A DNA stretch of 64,000 bases from Mobula hypostoma (taxonomy: Eukaryota): the NCBI RefSeq assembly GCF_963921235.1, contig NC_086097.1, positions 222,644,001-222,708,000 on the forward strand, read 5' to 3'. The notes under the pieces were generated by a model. The model saw only the letters and a list, made by a program, of their open reading frames with translations, did not search any database and was not told where the DNA came from. Shown here in pieces: positions 25,101 to 38,834 of this stretch. Numbering within the stretch: position 1 is the first letter of the stretch; each line of letters begins with the position of its first letter. A program made the position numbers and the translations under genes.

Positions 25101-27394
25101 TGTGCACAGTAAACTTCCCCACAGATTGTTTACTTGTTGGTGTACACATACTTTAACTGCTAATATGTAAAATTTCACCTGTTTCATTTGCACTTTAGTT
25201 AATGTCATTGTTTCAGTGGTGTACTGTGAATAATTCCTGTACTACTAATTCATTAATAAGTAACTATTGAAAGTAAACCTTTCAGTAAGTTTTAATTGGT
25301 CAGTTTTATTTATAGCATTGATAAGATAGACAATTTTCTGGTTAACTAAACTAATCCCTGTCAGGCATTGTACACATAAATTGTTTTCTGTACATATCAG
25401 TATGTATTGGGACCATAATGGAATGCCTTTAACCTGGATTTTGATCTGTAGTTTGATAGCTTAATTATGAAGGTAATATGTTTCTTCACCAAGTAAATTA
25501 TATTATTTTGCTTCATTATTATTAAGTTACACAGTAGGATATTTTTAAAGTAATGAAAATAAATCTTTACATTTGATAGCATTTTAATAATGGCTGAGCT
25601 GAACAGATTGCTGCAAAGGAGTGAGCGATATGTGAAAATCAAATGCACATCTTGAAAATGAGGGGATTTTATGCAATTTAATGACAAAATAGCTTAATAT
25701 TAAATGGAAATAGCTTCGTACTCCAAATACAAATGGTTCCAGAGGACAGGTAAGGAAAGGAAAAGTGACTGAGAGGGAAGTTAATGACTCACATATGACT
25801 CCCCCAGAGAAGAAAGATTTTGAATGAAATGGTTGAGATTTTATACAAACCTCTTTTTGTCTGCCCAAGTTATCCTGAAGGCAGGTAAATGTTAGCCTCT
25901 ATTTCAGAAGGACCACATGTTGTTAATCAAAAATTAATGACAGCAATGGAAAATGTTAAAAAGGAAAACTTATAGTACAATCAGGAAAAAGGCAGATCAG
26001 TAAATAAAAATGAAAATGCACTTTCAAACACTAAAATCCCATGTGTAACCTTTAGCAAATAATTCCTTTAATCTAGGAGAAAATCATGCTGTCATTTTCT
26101 ACAATTATTTCTCTGTATATGAAGCAATATTATCAGATCCATCATACATGTGTAACATACTAAGTAAGGACTTGCTTCAAGATAAAGCAAAATAACCCAC
26201 ATATTGTGAAAGATAAACCCTGATTTTGTTTCCTGCTGGGGAATTCTTCAAAAGCACGTCATGGCAGTCTGCAAACAGTCCATTCCTTAACAATAAATCC
26301 CTTGGGAGATATTACTGAATCATTTGTGGGTCATGCAAATCAGACTTAGAGGTAATAACTTCCAGAGCAATGTAGTCTCAAGGGCTGAATCCTGACTTAT
26401 ATAAATAAATGGACAACATTGTTGTAGCTCAAGAGAAGCAGGAGTTTTCCTCAAACCAATAAACCAACAAGTAAACCTCCACCACTACCCTGCACCATCA
26501 CTTCCTTTGTCTTTAACCATCAGTACCTCCAATCATTTCTACTTAGCCACTCAAAACCATCTCTTCCCATTTTCCCTAGGATTCCCAATCCTTGACTACC
26601 ACCTCCACCAACTGCAATCTGCAAAGCTCCCTGCCCTCTCCCTCTTCCAAGCGGTAACTTTGTGTTGGGTGAAGCAGAGAAAAACAAAATAATTAAATAG
26701 CCTTTCAGTCAAGAACAGGATGAAACAAAGTGTTATGCCCTATGATACGTGATTGACACAAGCCATTTTGATCCAGTGCAGATGTCAGAAGAAATTCATA
26801 CTGCCTGCTCACCCAGATGCAACCAGTTTTAACTGTGTCAATTATTGCCTTAACAAAAGCACCAGAGGTCGAAGGATCAATAGTAACTCACATGAGTTCA
26901 AGTTAGACAGTGCTGCTTGTACCACTAGAATGGCTGGAACTGTTCATGGAAGTCGTTCCTGAGGCCTTAGCAGTTAGATGGAATCCACAGCTCAACAGAG
27001 GAAAAGGCAGGCTCTGGATGCCATGACAGACAAGGTAAAACTCCAGTTAAATTCCCCTCGTAAAAGGTGCAGTGTGAAGAGACCTTGAATGAGGTCAATA
27101 TGTGGGTGGGGGGGGTTGGGGGTATGACAAGCTAAGGTGCATAAGAAAATCCATGAGCATCCACACAGGCCCACATCTAAGGTTAGAATGTTTAAAGACT
27201 AAGGTCAGTGACTACATCTTCAGATCCAATCTCTCATCAACTACATCATTACCTCTCAGTGAACTGAATTCCCCTCTTTAACTTCCACACACTTACACAG
27301 TAACGTTGCTCTATGATTCACACTCACAGCCACAAATCACAACTTGCACACTGCTAGTTATTCTACCATGAAAAGCAAATCACCAACCAAATTC

Positions 27395-27510
27395 TTGATT
27401 GGTCAGGAAAGGGATACGGGAAGAAGGCGAGAGATTGGGACTGAGAGGAAAATTGGATCAACCATGATGAAACGGCAGAGCAGACTCGATGGGACAAAAT
27501 TTGCTCATAT
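27395..27510 (+). mobile_element. CR1 3' end fragment
   Basis: ttcttgattggtcagg...ccatgatgaaacggcagagcagactcgatggg matches 57960-58070. Confidence 0.7.
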
Positions 27511-27759
27511 ATCTTATTAAACTGGTTGTGCAGCACTCATTAACAAAACTATCCCTTGCAGGAGAAATTAGCACCCAATCAGCATCTGGGACAGACATGA
27601 ACATGTCACACCTCTACCCTGGAGAAGAAGGTAGTGATAGCACTGGAATGCCTATTGTAGAGAAGTGGTTCAGTAACAAGAGAGTGATGAAAAAGAAGCA
27701 GGTCACCAATCCGACTCTCATAGCCACCAGCTCAGATACTGGCATTTTGCATCAATAAA

Positions 27760-28292
27760 GAACATTGGACATTGAACATTACAAGCCCTTCAGCCCACAA
27801 TGTTGTGAGAACCTTTTACCTTCTCTAGCATCAATCTAACTCTTCCCTTACATAGCCTTCCATTCTTCTTTCATCTATGTGCCTATTTAAGAGTTTCTTA
27901 AATAGTCCTAATGAATCTGCCTCTAACACCAGCCCTGGCAGGTTGTTCCATGCACATGCCACTTTCTGTATAAAAAAAAAACTTACCTCTGACATCCTAC
28001 CCTATTCCTCCAATCACCTTAAAAGTATGCTCCTTGGATTAGTCATTTCTGCCCTGAATAACAGTCTTGGCTATCTGAGCAATCTGTGTCACCTATCCAT
28101 CCATATCATATTTCCTCTGACATTCATGATTTCAACTTATGATTTAAAATTAATAACCCTCTCATATTTGCCATTCTTACCCTGGGGAAAAGTCTCTGTC
28201 TATCTACTGCTCTTATCATCTTGTTTTCCTCTCTCAAGTCACCTCTCATCCTCCTTCGTTCCAGAGGGAAATGCCCTAGCTCGCTCAACCTA
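27760..28292 (-). mobile_element. CR1 3' end fragments, degenerate
   Basis: The reverse strand resembles CR1 3' ORF/UTR; tail gaacattggacattgaacatt. Confidence 0.6.
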
Positions 28293-29349
28293 TAGGATAT
28301 CCGAGAGATAGAATGTTATGTGACCAAGCACGAGCCATCCACAGATGGGAATGGTGAAAGTGTAATTCAGGTGCCAGTTCCCCAGAGACCAAGATTACAC
28401 CTGAGATCCACTCCAGGCAACTCGGTTTAAGACTTCCATAGCAACCAGTACAAGAATGATGATTGGTGAGTGCAGTGCATTACTTAATGTATTGACGGGC
28501 CTCCAGGGAAGTTTGCATCAGTGTCAAGGAACATGACACAAGTCTTTTCAGAGAACTTGGATCCTTGGAACTGGTGGCCAGCTCTGTTTCAACACAATCA
28601 TATTAAAGTTTCTATTGCCACTAAAGCTCATCATTATCAGGATGCTCAGTGAAATCTGCGTTTTCTCTCATGCAGGCTCAGACCACCACTGACTTCAGGT
28701 ACCAAAGTGATTTGGGAGATTTCAAGGACCTTCAACTATCATTCAAAAAAATGATAGTTGATGCAATATCTGAGGAAATAAAAATAACTATCTTTTGGAG
28801 GGACAAATCAGCCATTGCCTCTCAAAATTATAAGGTTCACATTAGCCAACAAGCCCAGAATGCCATTTATCACCATACTGCAGTCTACAGCCATGCCACC
28901 AAGGCCCACAGCTGCTTGCATTTGTCCTCCAGGCTAGCTGAAGCCTCCCACATTGCACCTACCACCAGCCATGCTGTAGTTGCTGGGATAACACTCGAGT
29001 AGAAGTCTGGAGATAAGGAAATGCACACGGATGGCACTCCAAGTTGATGGGCATTTTTATGAATTTCTTTCATCTTAAACAGGCATAAGTATAAATTAGA
29101 ATGATAGTGGATGTTGGTTTTTATTCTCTCATTCTGGCCAAGTTGACGCTGCAACGTCAGCTGCAAAGAAGTGGTAAGATGAAAACCATGTTGAAATGGA
29201 GTTGATCATTGACAGCACAGTTTAATCAGCTGTTTACAAACAAAAACAAGCTCCTAAGGTTTCCTCCCCTCCTATTCTTCCTCTGCCTCCAGCAACTTGA
29301 TTGCCCACTGTACAGCTCCTAGCAACAGCTGAGCTGGCATAACTCCCAA

Positions 29350-31520
29350 TTGTGGAGCATGTCGAAGGAGAAAACAGACCTTAAAGATCTGCTCAAATGT
29401 ATACAGCAAAATTTCACTAATCTATCTGTTGCAGATGCATTCATCCATGAAACCACTGACAGAAGTAAGTACCAGGTAGTCTCCATGGAGACAAAGGCCC
29501 ATTTTCATGACAAGGTCAACCTGCATTATGTTATGTACATTTCTACTACATGGGAGAGATTCAAAAAAGGTTTTGTAACTTAAAAGTGAGCACTCCTGCG
29601 GTATGAACAACAGCAGAAACCTACACGATCTGCATCCTCATGGTCTGCCTTTTCTTTCACTCTATCATGACAATTTAGCCAAAGGATCAATCCTGGTTCA
29701 ATGTAGGACATGCTGGAAGCACCACTTGGTCTGCCTAAAGATGAGATGCCAACCTTGGTGAAGCTGCCACATGATACTATGCTTGTGATGAACAGCTAAA
29801 GCAGCATGCAATAGACAGACCCAATCAATGGATCACATCAAAGAATTACAATGCTGCTGTATCTACTTGGTGGAGAATTAAACAGCTAATATATCGAAGA
29901 TGGCTTATAGAACATCCCCATCCTTACTGATCATGGGACACAGTATGCAAATGCTAAAGGCAAGGCTGAAAAATTTTCAACTATTATTCAATCGGACACA
30001 ACAAGAGGTTGATCCATCTCAGTTCTGAGATCCCAAACATCTCAAAAAGGGTAATCTTCCACCAATTCAGCCTTCATCTTTACATGTGACTGCAAGATAT
30101 GGCTATGGAACCACATAATACCTAACCTGCAGCACTGTAGAACACTGGTTGTCAGAACTAGATGCATTCCTAGACCAGTTGTCCCACCACAGTTATTATC
30201 CTGGTGTCTCTACAACAGAAGGAATAATCCCCATGTACATTCTCCTCATGAAAAGCAGTACAAATCCAAAGTGGATAATTCCCACCTATCTGTCTGCTCC
30301 CATTCGTCAGCAAGATGATAGAAGGTATGATTGACATTGCTAAGAAGTGGCCCACTCTCCAATAACCTGCATATCATTGCCAGTTGGGTTTCACTAGGAC
30401 TGCTTGTCTCCAGACCTCATTAGTGACTAAGTCCAAATGTGGACCAGAGCCCAGAATGTTGAACTTGAAGTGAAAATGACTGCTTAGAAATCAAGGCAAC
30501 ATTCGAACATACTTAAACCAAAGAGCCCTAGTAAAGCTGAAGCCAATAGACATGGAGAAAACACTTCAGTGGCTGGAGTCATACCTTGCACAAAGGAAGA
30601 TAGCCGTGGATATTTGAGGTTAGTCCCAGGACATCACAGGAGTTCCTTAGGGCTATGTCCAATCCTCAGACATTTATAACTACTTCTTCAGAAGGTCAGA
30701 TTGTGGATGTTCTATGATGATTGCAGAATGTTCAATGTCATTTGCAACTTCTAAGCACATAAAGAGGTCCATGCAGGAATATTGAGGCATTGGCTAATAA
30801 GTTATGTAACATTTGTGGCACTAAAGAACCAGACAATGAGTGGTTCTAACAAAAGAGTCAGTCCTGAATTACCCACCATTGTTAACTCGCCCTCCGTAAA
30901 GGTCCGGGGAATTACTACTAACCAGAGACCTAACTGAACCACCTACATAAAAACAGTGACCACAGGAACAGGTTATAGCCTGCGGAGAATGACTCAACTC
31001 CTGACACAGTAAAGCCTCTCCGCCATGTACAAGGCAGCTCACAGGAGCACTCTCTCCTTGTCTAGATGAGTGTAACTCGAGTGTGACACTATCTAGAGCC
31101 AGAGACATACAAGATTTGCTGCAAATGCGGGAAAGTTTGAGCAGCACACACAAAATGTCTTCATCAGAGTCTTGGCCTGACACCGACTGTTTATTTTCCA
31201 TTATGGATGCTGCATGACCTGCTGAATTCCTCCAGCATTTTGTGTGTGTTGCTCACCACCTAGGAACAAGCTATCCATTTGATTGATATGCATCCTTTAC
31301 CCTGGACATTAATTCTCTCAGCCACTAGCACACCAGAACATCACAATTTACAAAATGCACTGCAATGACTCACTCTGACTCTGGCAGCTCCTCCCGAACT
31401 CACAACTTCTTCCACCAAGAAGTACAGTGGCAACAGATGCATAACATCCTTCATGTTCCCTTCCAAATCACACACATTCCCAATTCGTAAATATATCAGT
31501 TCCTTGATCATTTTCCAGGT
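29350..31520 (+). mobile_element. Ancient CR1-group LINE ORF2, heavily decayed
   Basis: RT-like remnants (aaatcaaggcaacattcga, cagtggctggagtcataccttgcacaaagg, ggagttccttagggc, ctatgatgattgc) appear in the expected order. Confidence 0.6.
31107..31255. repeat. Inverted pair of PLE-terminus repeats
   Basis: Arms 31138-31157 and 31236-31255 are 19/20 reverse-complementary. Confidence 0.75.
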
Positions 31521-31654
31521 TGTTTACACTTCTGCATGTGACCTCTCTCCATCACCTTTACCAATCTGCACATCTAATGGAATTGTCACCTGAAAACTCA
31601 TGATTGGGATCAAGAACATTCTGTTGAAGCTCAAATCCAATTGCCACCACTTAC

Positions 31655-31945
31655 TAACAAAAGAAAATCTGCAGATGATGGAAATCAAGGTAACACACAC
31701 AAAATGCTGGAGGAACTCAGCAGGCCGGGCATCATTTATGGAAAAGAGTACAGTCAACGTTTCAAGCTGAGATCCTTCAGCAGGACTTACTCACAGACTA
31801 GCAAAACTTCTGTAAAGGCCTTTGAAAAAAGTAATCCATAAATGATATTTAATAAAAGGTCTCAGCCCAGAACTTTTTGTCTTTATTCCTCTCCATAGAT
31901 GCTCCGTGATCTTCTGAGTTCTTCCTGCATTTTATGTGTGCAACC
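31655..31945. repeat. Inverted pair of PLE-terminus repeats; minus copy has a hammerhead motif at 31751-31787
   Basis: Minus strand reads agtc-ctgctga-aggatctcagctt-gaaacgtt-gactg; a plus-strand degenerate copy lies at 31855-31945. Confidence 0.75.
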
Positions 31946-31997
31946 CATAACTTGCTCCAAGTAGCAACTCCCAGATAAGTCACAGACTAACAGGCAG

Positions 31998-32166
31998 AGA
32001 CACAAGGGACTCTGGAGCAATAAACAAAATACTAGAGGTACTCTGTGGGTCAGGCAGTATCTGTGGACAGAAATGGACAGCTGATGTTGTGGGGTTGAAA
32101 AGGTTAAAATGTTGACTGTCCATTCCCCTCCACAGGCCTTCTGAGTTCCTCCAGCATTTTAATTTG
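31998..32166. repeat. Older inverted pair of related PLE-terminus repeats
   Basis: aaaatactagaggtactc...ctgtggacagaaatggacag versus ctgtccattcccctccacag...gagttcctccagcatttt. Confidence 0.6.
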
Positions 32167-32315
32167 ATGAGCCCTTTGGATAGTGTAGATGAAGGGTAGA
32201 GGCAGGTGTCTCATCTTACTGAATGCTAATCCCTCTACCATTAGAACACATGGTGGTGTGGAGAGATTCAAACATATGACAAGTAATTTGATCATATGGC
32301 AGCAGTGTTCTAATG

Positions 32316-32650
32316 GTAGGGGAAATGCAGAGTAATGTGACAGCATTGCAGCTACTGTAATGCTTCGCAGACCAATCAGAGATCAATTCCCACTGCTGGC
32401 TGCGAGGAGTTTGTACATTCTCCCCATCACTGTGTGGGTTTCCTCCAGGAATTCCAGTTTCCTCCCACATTCCCAAGTCGTACAAGATAGTAAGGGTTAG
32501 TAAGTTGTGGGCATGCTATATTAACAGCCGAGGGCATGGCAATATTTGCGGGCTGTGGCCATCTCATCTACAGACTGTGTTGGTTTTTGACACAAACGAT
32601 GCACTTCACTGTATGTTTCGATGTACATGTGATAAAGTTAATCTTTAATC
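32316..32650 (+). mobile_element. tRNA-derived SINE with LINE-like tail
   Basis: gtgggtttcctccagg...tttcctcccacattccc central domain; tail tgtacatgtgataaagttaatctttaatc. Confidence 0.7.
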
Positions 32651-33139
32651 CTTGGCTATGTTTCTGTGGTCCAATGCCTATTCTGTAGCATGTTCAAAAT
32701 GTGAGATGGCTAGTCTCCTTTCCAGTAGGTCAAATTGTCTACAAGCACACCACATAGATGCAAATAAGAATCCATAGTACCCAAATGAGTAAGATTGTAA
32801 GCAAAATTTTCACAGATGTCTTTAAGGAAACATTGTATTCTTAAGTATAAAGTAACACTCTCCACAAAGAATCCAAATAAGATTAAAAGAGCTGTTTACC
32901 TACAATTCCTCTATCCCCACTCATGTCTGTAATGTCAGGTAAGCTATGAAAATTTACATCAGCACACCCGCTCCCCCCACCGTTTTCTGCAAACTCAGTG
33001 ACTGAAAAGACCAGGTAAAATGTTTGCTTTAACCAGGGAAGGTGGAGAACCATATTAGCTAATGGCATTATGGTAGCCATATTAGCCTTTGGCTATCTTA
33101 ACTAGTTATCTGACCAATTTGTCCAGGTAAGTATGGTTA

Positions 33140-33372
33140 AGATCATAAGACCTTAAGATATAGGAGCAGAATTAGGCCATTCACCCCATTAATCATGGCT
33201 GATTTATCAACCCCATTCTCCTGCCTTCTCCCCATAACCTTTGTTGCCCTTACTAATCAAGAACCTAACAACCTCCATTTTAAATCTACTTGGCCTCCAC
33301 CGTCATCTGTGATAATAAATTCCACAGATTTACCACCCTCTAGCTAAAGAAATTCCTCCTCATCTTTGTTCA
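33140..33372 (-). mobile_element. CR1 3' end fragment
   Basis: cataagaccttaagatataggagcagaattaggccattc matches 34800-35050. Confidence 0.8.
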
Positions 33373-34794
33373 GGGTTCCATAGTTTCAGGGCTATTAATT
33401 AAATTATTTATTTCTCTGTGCAATAAAATTAGAATTTATTTTGCACTTTGCCACTTTCAAAATACTTTTTAAGAAAGTCAGCTAACCCTCATCCGAAGGC
33501 ACTGCTGAAATTATATTTTATCTAGCTTTTATGACCCCTCCCAGTTTACCAGTACTTTGTCTTCATATGGGGTTTGAGTAATTAAATATTTTTCAGGGGT
33601 ATCAGTATAAAACAATACCAACTATTAAAATGTTTTTCTTACCAATACAAAACCAATAAATAATAAGTTTTTAACACCAGCATGACATCATCATTTCAGT
33701 ACAGTCAGATTCAGTTGTCAGACATACAAGTTGCTGTTATGAAGAGTCTTCTGTTGAGTAAAATTAAGTTACATTGTTTTGCCTTAGCGATAACATTGTA
33801 CATATTAGCCATGATATTACATTTTTATTCCATAACTTGTTAATTGATTGTGTGTTGGGAATAATGATGTTCATCTGCAAGACAATATACTTTTTCTTTA
33901 ATGATGATTATTAACAATTTGATTTATTTTTTCAATCAATTGCAATTTCTAATATGGAGCTAAATATTATTTCAAAGTATGATGATAATCTGACCTAATT
34001 CTTGTCATTTTTTGAATTATTAATATTTAGTAAACAAAGTGTGCAAAAACAAAAGTCTAAAGTTATTCAGTTCATGTGCAAAAGGAAAGTCAGTAGGGTT
34101 GAAAAAGTCAGTATCAACTGTCATTAGTAATGTGTATATTGATATTTGGTCAACTCTGTTTCACTGGCATTAACTCATGTTAAGTTTTGAATAAAATTTG
34201 TTATGATTCCCATAAATCTTTTTACATAATTGTCTATATTACAATAATTACATTTGTTCAGTGATTATGATGTTACAACTGATTGGTATTCTATGAATGA
34301 AATGCATAATTAATACACAATTGGTGAAAAGTTCCTCAACTATTTACACTAATGGTGTTTATATTTCAGTTTGTTTTTTAATGCAGTTGATCAGTAAAGA
34401 GAAACTATAATATCCATCTTATTTTTAATAGGCATTTATTTTCTATAATTTATATATTAAACAGTCTCATCTTTCTGGTTAAAAATCCTAAAAACTTAAC
34501 TGAATACATTTGCAATAACATGTGGAGTACCCAACATTACAAGAAAGAGGAGAAGTCCTTTATTGCTTCAACAATAGAAATATTTATCAGTAAAGTGAAG
34601 CATATTCATTCATCTTTGGTTGCTAATACTAGTTATCGCTATTGGTTGAATTCACCTCTGCATATGTGCTTCATATGGACCCAAATGTTGTAAAGTAAGA
34701 GAACAGGTGGCCAATAATTCTACAGATTTAGTACCACTGACCAAAGGGAAATTTTCAGCTGATCCATTTAAGAAAACTCTTTTCTCCAAGGATT

Positions 34795-37787
34795 TGAGAT
34801 CACATAAGACCATAAGACAGAAGACAAGAATTAGGCCATTCAGCCCATCAAGTCCACTCCGGACAATCATGGACAATCCGGGATCTGATTCAACCCCATA
34901 CAGCTGCTTTCTCACCATATCCCTTGATGCCCCAACCAATCAGGAATCTATCAACTTCCGCTCTGAGTATACGCACAGACTTGACCTCCACCACAGTCTG
35001 TAGCACAGCATTCCACAGATTCACTACTCTTCAGCTAAAAAAAGATCCTCCCTACTTCTGTACTATAAGGCAACCCCGCTGTGTCCTCTAGTTCTGAATA
35101 CCCCTACCAGAGGAAACATCCTCTCCACATCCACCCTATCTAGTCCTTTCAACATACCGTAGGTTTCCATGAGATCCCCACACATTCTTCTAAATTCCAG
35201 TGAGTACAGACACAAAGCTGCTAAAAGCTCCTCAGATGTTAACCCCTTCATTCCCAGAATCATCTTTGTGTAACTCCTCTGGACTCTCTCCAATGACAAT
35301 ACATTCTTTCTCAGATAAGGACCCAAAATTTCTGACAGTACTCCCAAGTGTGGCCTGACTTGTGTCGTAAAAAGCTTCAGCATTATCTCTTTGTTTTTAT
35401 ATCCTATTCCACTTGAAATAAATGCCAACATTGCATTTGCCTTCTTTACCATAGATTCAGTCTGTGAATTAGCCTCCTGGGAGTCTTGCATGAGGTCCCT
35501 TTTCACCTCTGAAGTATGAATTTTCTCCCCATTTAGATAATAGTCTGCACTATTTTCCTTTTACCAAAATGCATTATCATACATTTCCCAACACTGTATT
35601 CCATCTAAAACAAGAGAAAATCTGCAAATGCTGGAAATCCTGCTGCAATCACATTCCTTCCTCTGTGCTACTTACCCCTTCACTTATTTTCATATCATCC
35701 ACAAACTTTGCCACAAAGCCATCAATCACACTATCTAAATCACTGACAAATTATATGAAAAGTAGTGGTCCCAGTACCAACACCTGAGGAACATCACTAG
35801 TCACTGGCAGTCAACCAGAAAAGGCCCCTTTTATTCTACTCATTACCTTCCTGTCTGTCAGCCTTTCTACTATCCATGTCAGTATCTTTCCTGTAACACC
35901 ATAGGATTTCATCTTAAGCAACCTCATGTCAGGCAACTTATCAAATGCCTTCAGAAAATCTAAGTAAATGCCATCCACTGCCTCTCCTTTTTTACACCCT
36001 GCTTGTTACTTCCTTGAAGAACTCTAACAGATTTGTCAGGCAAGATTTCCCTTTACAGAAACCATGCTGACTTTGACTTATTTTATCATTAGTCTCCAAG
36101 TACCCCAAAATCTCGTCCTTAATAATTGACTCAAACACTTTCCCAGCCACTGAGGTTAGGCTAATTGCCCTATAATTTCCCTCCTTCTTAAAGAGTGCAG
36201 TGACGTATGCAATCTTCCAGTCCTCTGGGACCATTCCAGAATGAAGTGATTCTTGAAAGATCATGATCAATGCATCCGTTTTCTCTTCAGCGACCTCTCT
36301 CAGGATTCTGGGATGTAGTCCATCTGGCCCAGGTGACTTATCTACCTTAAGACCTTCAGTTTGTCTAGCACGGTTTCCTTTGTAATAGCAATGGCACTCA
36401 CTCCTGCTTCCTGACTTTCATGGACCTCTGGCACGCTGCTCGTGTCTTCCGCAGTGAAGACTGAAGCAAAGTACTTATTAATTTCATTGGCCATTTCTTT
36501 GTCCCCCATTACTACCACACCAGCATCATTTTCCAGCTCTCACCTCCCTATTATTCTTCATATAAATGAAAAAACTTTTAGTATCCTTCTTTATATTATC
36601 TGCTAGTTTTCATAATATTTCATGTTTTCCCTTCTTTTAGAGTTCTTAGTTGCCTTTTGCTGGATTTTAAAAGCTTCCCAATCATCCAGCTTTGCATTCA
36701 CTTTAGCTACCTTATACGCCCTTTCCTTGGCTTTTATATGGTCCTTAACTTCTCTTGTCAGCCACCATTGCCTGCTTCTGCCATTTGAGAACGTCTTCTT
36801 CTGTGGGACATATCTATCCTGCACTTTGTGAACTCATCATCCCTGCCAGTATCCTCCTCCAATCTACCCAGGGCAAGCTCCTCTCTCATGCCTCTGTAAT
36901 TTCCTTTATTCCATTGCAATACTGATACATGTGACTTATATTTCTCCCTCTCAAATTGCAGTATGAATTCAATCATATTATGATCACTGCCTCCTGAAGG
37001 TTCCTTTACATTAAGCTGACTAATAAAATCTGGGTTATTACACAACTCCCAATCTAAGATAGCCTTCTCCCAAGTAGGCTCAAGCACAAGCTGCTCTAAA
37101 AAGCCATCTCGTAGGCATTCAACAAACTTCCTCTCTTGTGATCCGACATCAACCTGATTTTCCAAATCCTCTTGCATATTGAAGTCCCCCATTATAATTG
37201 TGACACTACCCTTATTACACACCCTTTCCAGCTCCCTTTGCAATCTCAACCCCACATCTTGGCTACTATTTGGAGGCCTATATCTGACTCCCATTTTGTT
37301 TTTTTTACACTTACAATTTCTGAACTCCACCCACAAAGATTCAACATTTTCTGACCCTATGTCACCTCTTTCTAAAGATGTAATTCCACCTCTTACCAAC
37401 AGAGCCACACACCACCTATGCCTCCCTGCCTGTCCTTTCGATACAAAGTGTATCTTTTGATGTTAAGCTCCTAACTATGGCCTTCTTTCAGCCAAGGTTC
37501 AGTGATGCCCACAACATCATACCAACCAATCTCTAATTGCGCCATGAGTTCATCCACCTTATTCCGAATGCCACTTGCATTTAAATACATCTCCTTCAGT
37601 CCTGCGTTCTTTGCCCTTATGAATTTTGCCTCTGTGGTACAATTTAACCCGTTGCTCTGTCTGCAGTTGTACCCAATCATTGGCTTGTCCTTCCTTACAT
37701 TCATATTACATATTACATCATCTACTCGTAAAACTGCTGGCTCTTCCTCAGCTCTATCATACTCGTTCCCATCCCACCTGCCATATT
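34795..37787 (-). mobile_element. CR1 LINE ORF2 (endonuclease plus RT), degenerate, lacking ORF1
   Basis: Minus ORFs include YLNASGIRNK, GITEPW, YRPPNS, MGDFN, SDHN, QHGFCKGKSCLTNLLEFF; tail (cataagac)n. Confidence 0.93.
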
Positions 37788-38834
37788 ATTACATTATCAC
37801 ATCTAATGGTGAAGTCTTTACCTATGAAGATCCAAGATGCAAGATGATAAAGTAGAATTAGGTGTAAACACAAGGCCACAAATGAGTTTTTTGCCCTTAA
37901 AATAAACAGTATAAGAGTTTTTATTTTGTTTGGTGGGAAAGGTTAGTCTATAGCTGAACGTGTCAGTACAGTTGAGACTGAATCTGTTTAGTTCCATTTA
38001 AAATAGAATCTTACTAATGTAGCATATAAAGGTTTGATTCACCCCAGGAATATTTGAGTTCATAGGGATTTTTGTTATACTCAGAAGCTTGTTACAGGAT
38101 TCTGTGATTTTATGAGCTTATTTTGCTTTTACCCGCATTCTATCATCATCATAAATCAGACTCCTCTCCCCATTCAGTTCACATGGATGTCTTCAATAAT
38201 CTTTTATTTTACCTTGTTAAAAATTCTACTGTGTACTTTAGTATTACTAGATTTTGCTAAACTACAATGTGTTTCTGTACAAATCAGCATATTTACGTGC
38301 ATGTGGCTGTCTATAATACTTACGTGACATCAGAATATTTGTTTAATTTAAGTCAAAAATGTATGTAAAGATTAACAGTATTGTTCTCCATTACAGTCTA
38401 GCAACAAGATATCAAATAAATGTATATGGAGATTAGCTACATACTGTCTATCTTTTGTATACAACTCAAACATATTCATTTCTAATCTGTAGCTGTGATA
38501 CAGAAGTTCTAATATAAAAATCTTCTATTATAAATTACTCAAAATAACAAAATGCTGCTCTATCATGACATAGGGAACAATCAAATGTTGAACAACTAAT
38601 ACATCAGCCTCTATATTTATAAACCCATATTCTTGGAACTACTGTAGTTCTAGCAGCAGACACACTGGGGAATTTCATTCTCCAATAAAATTTTAGTTTC
38701 AAAGTGATGCAAGTCAGAAAGTCAGATCTATATCTGATCCACGCTCAGGTGGGATTGGCATAGAGCTACTGTAGAGCTCAGAAACAGGCCTTTTGGTTCA
38801 CTGTGCCCATGGTGACCTTCATCCCTATCAAATC

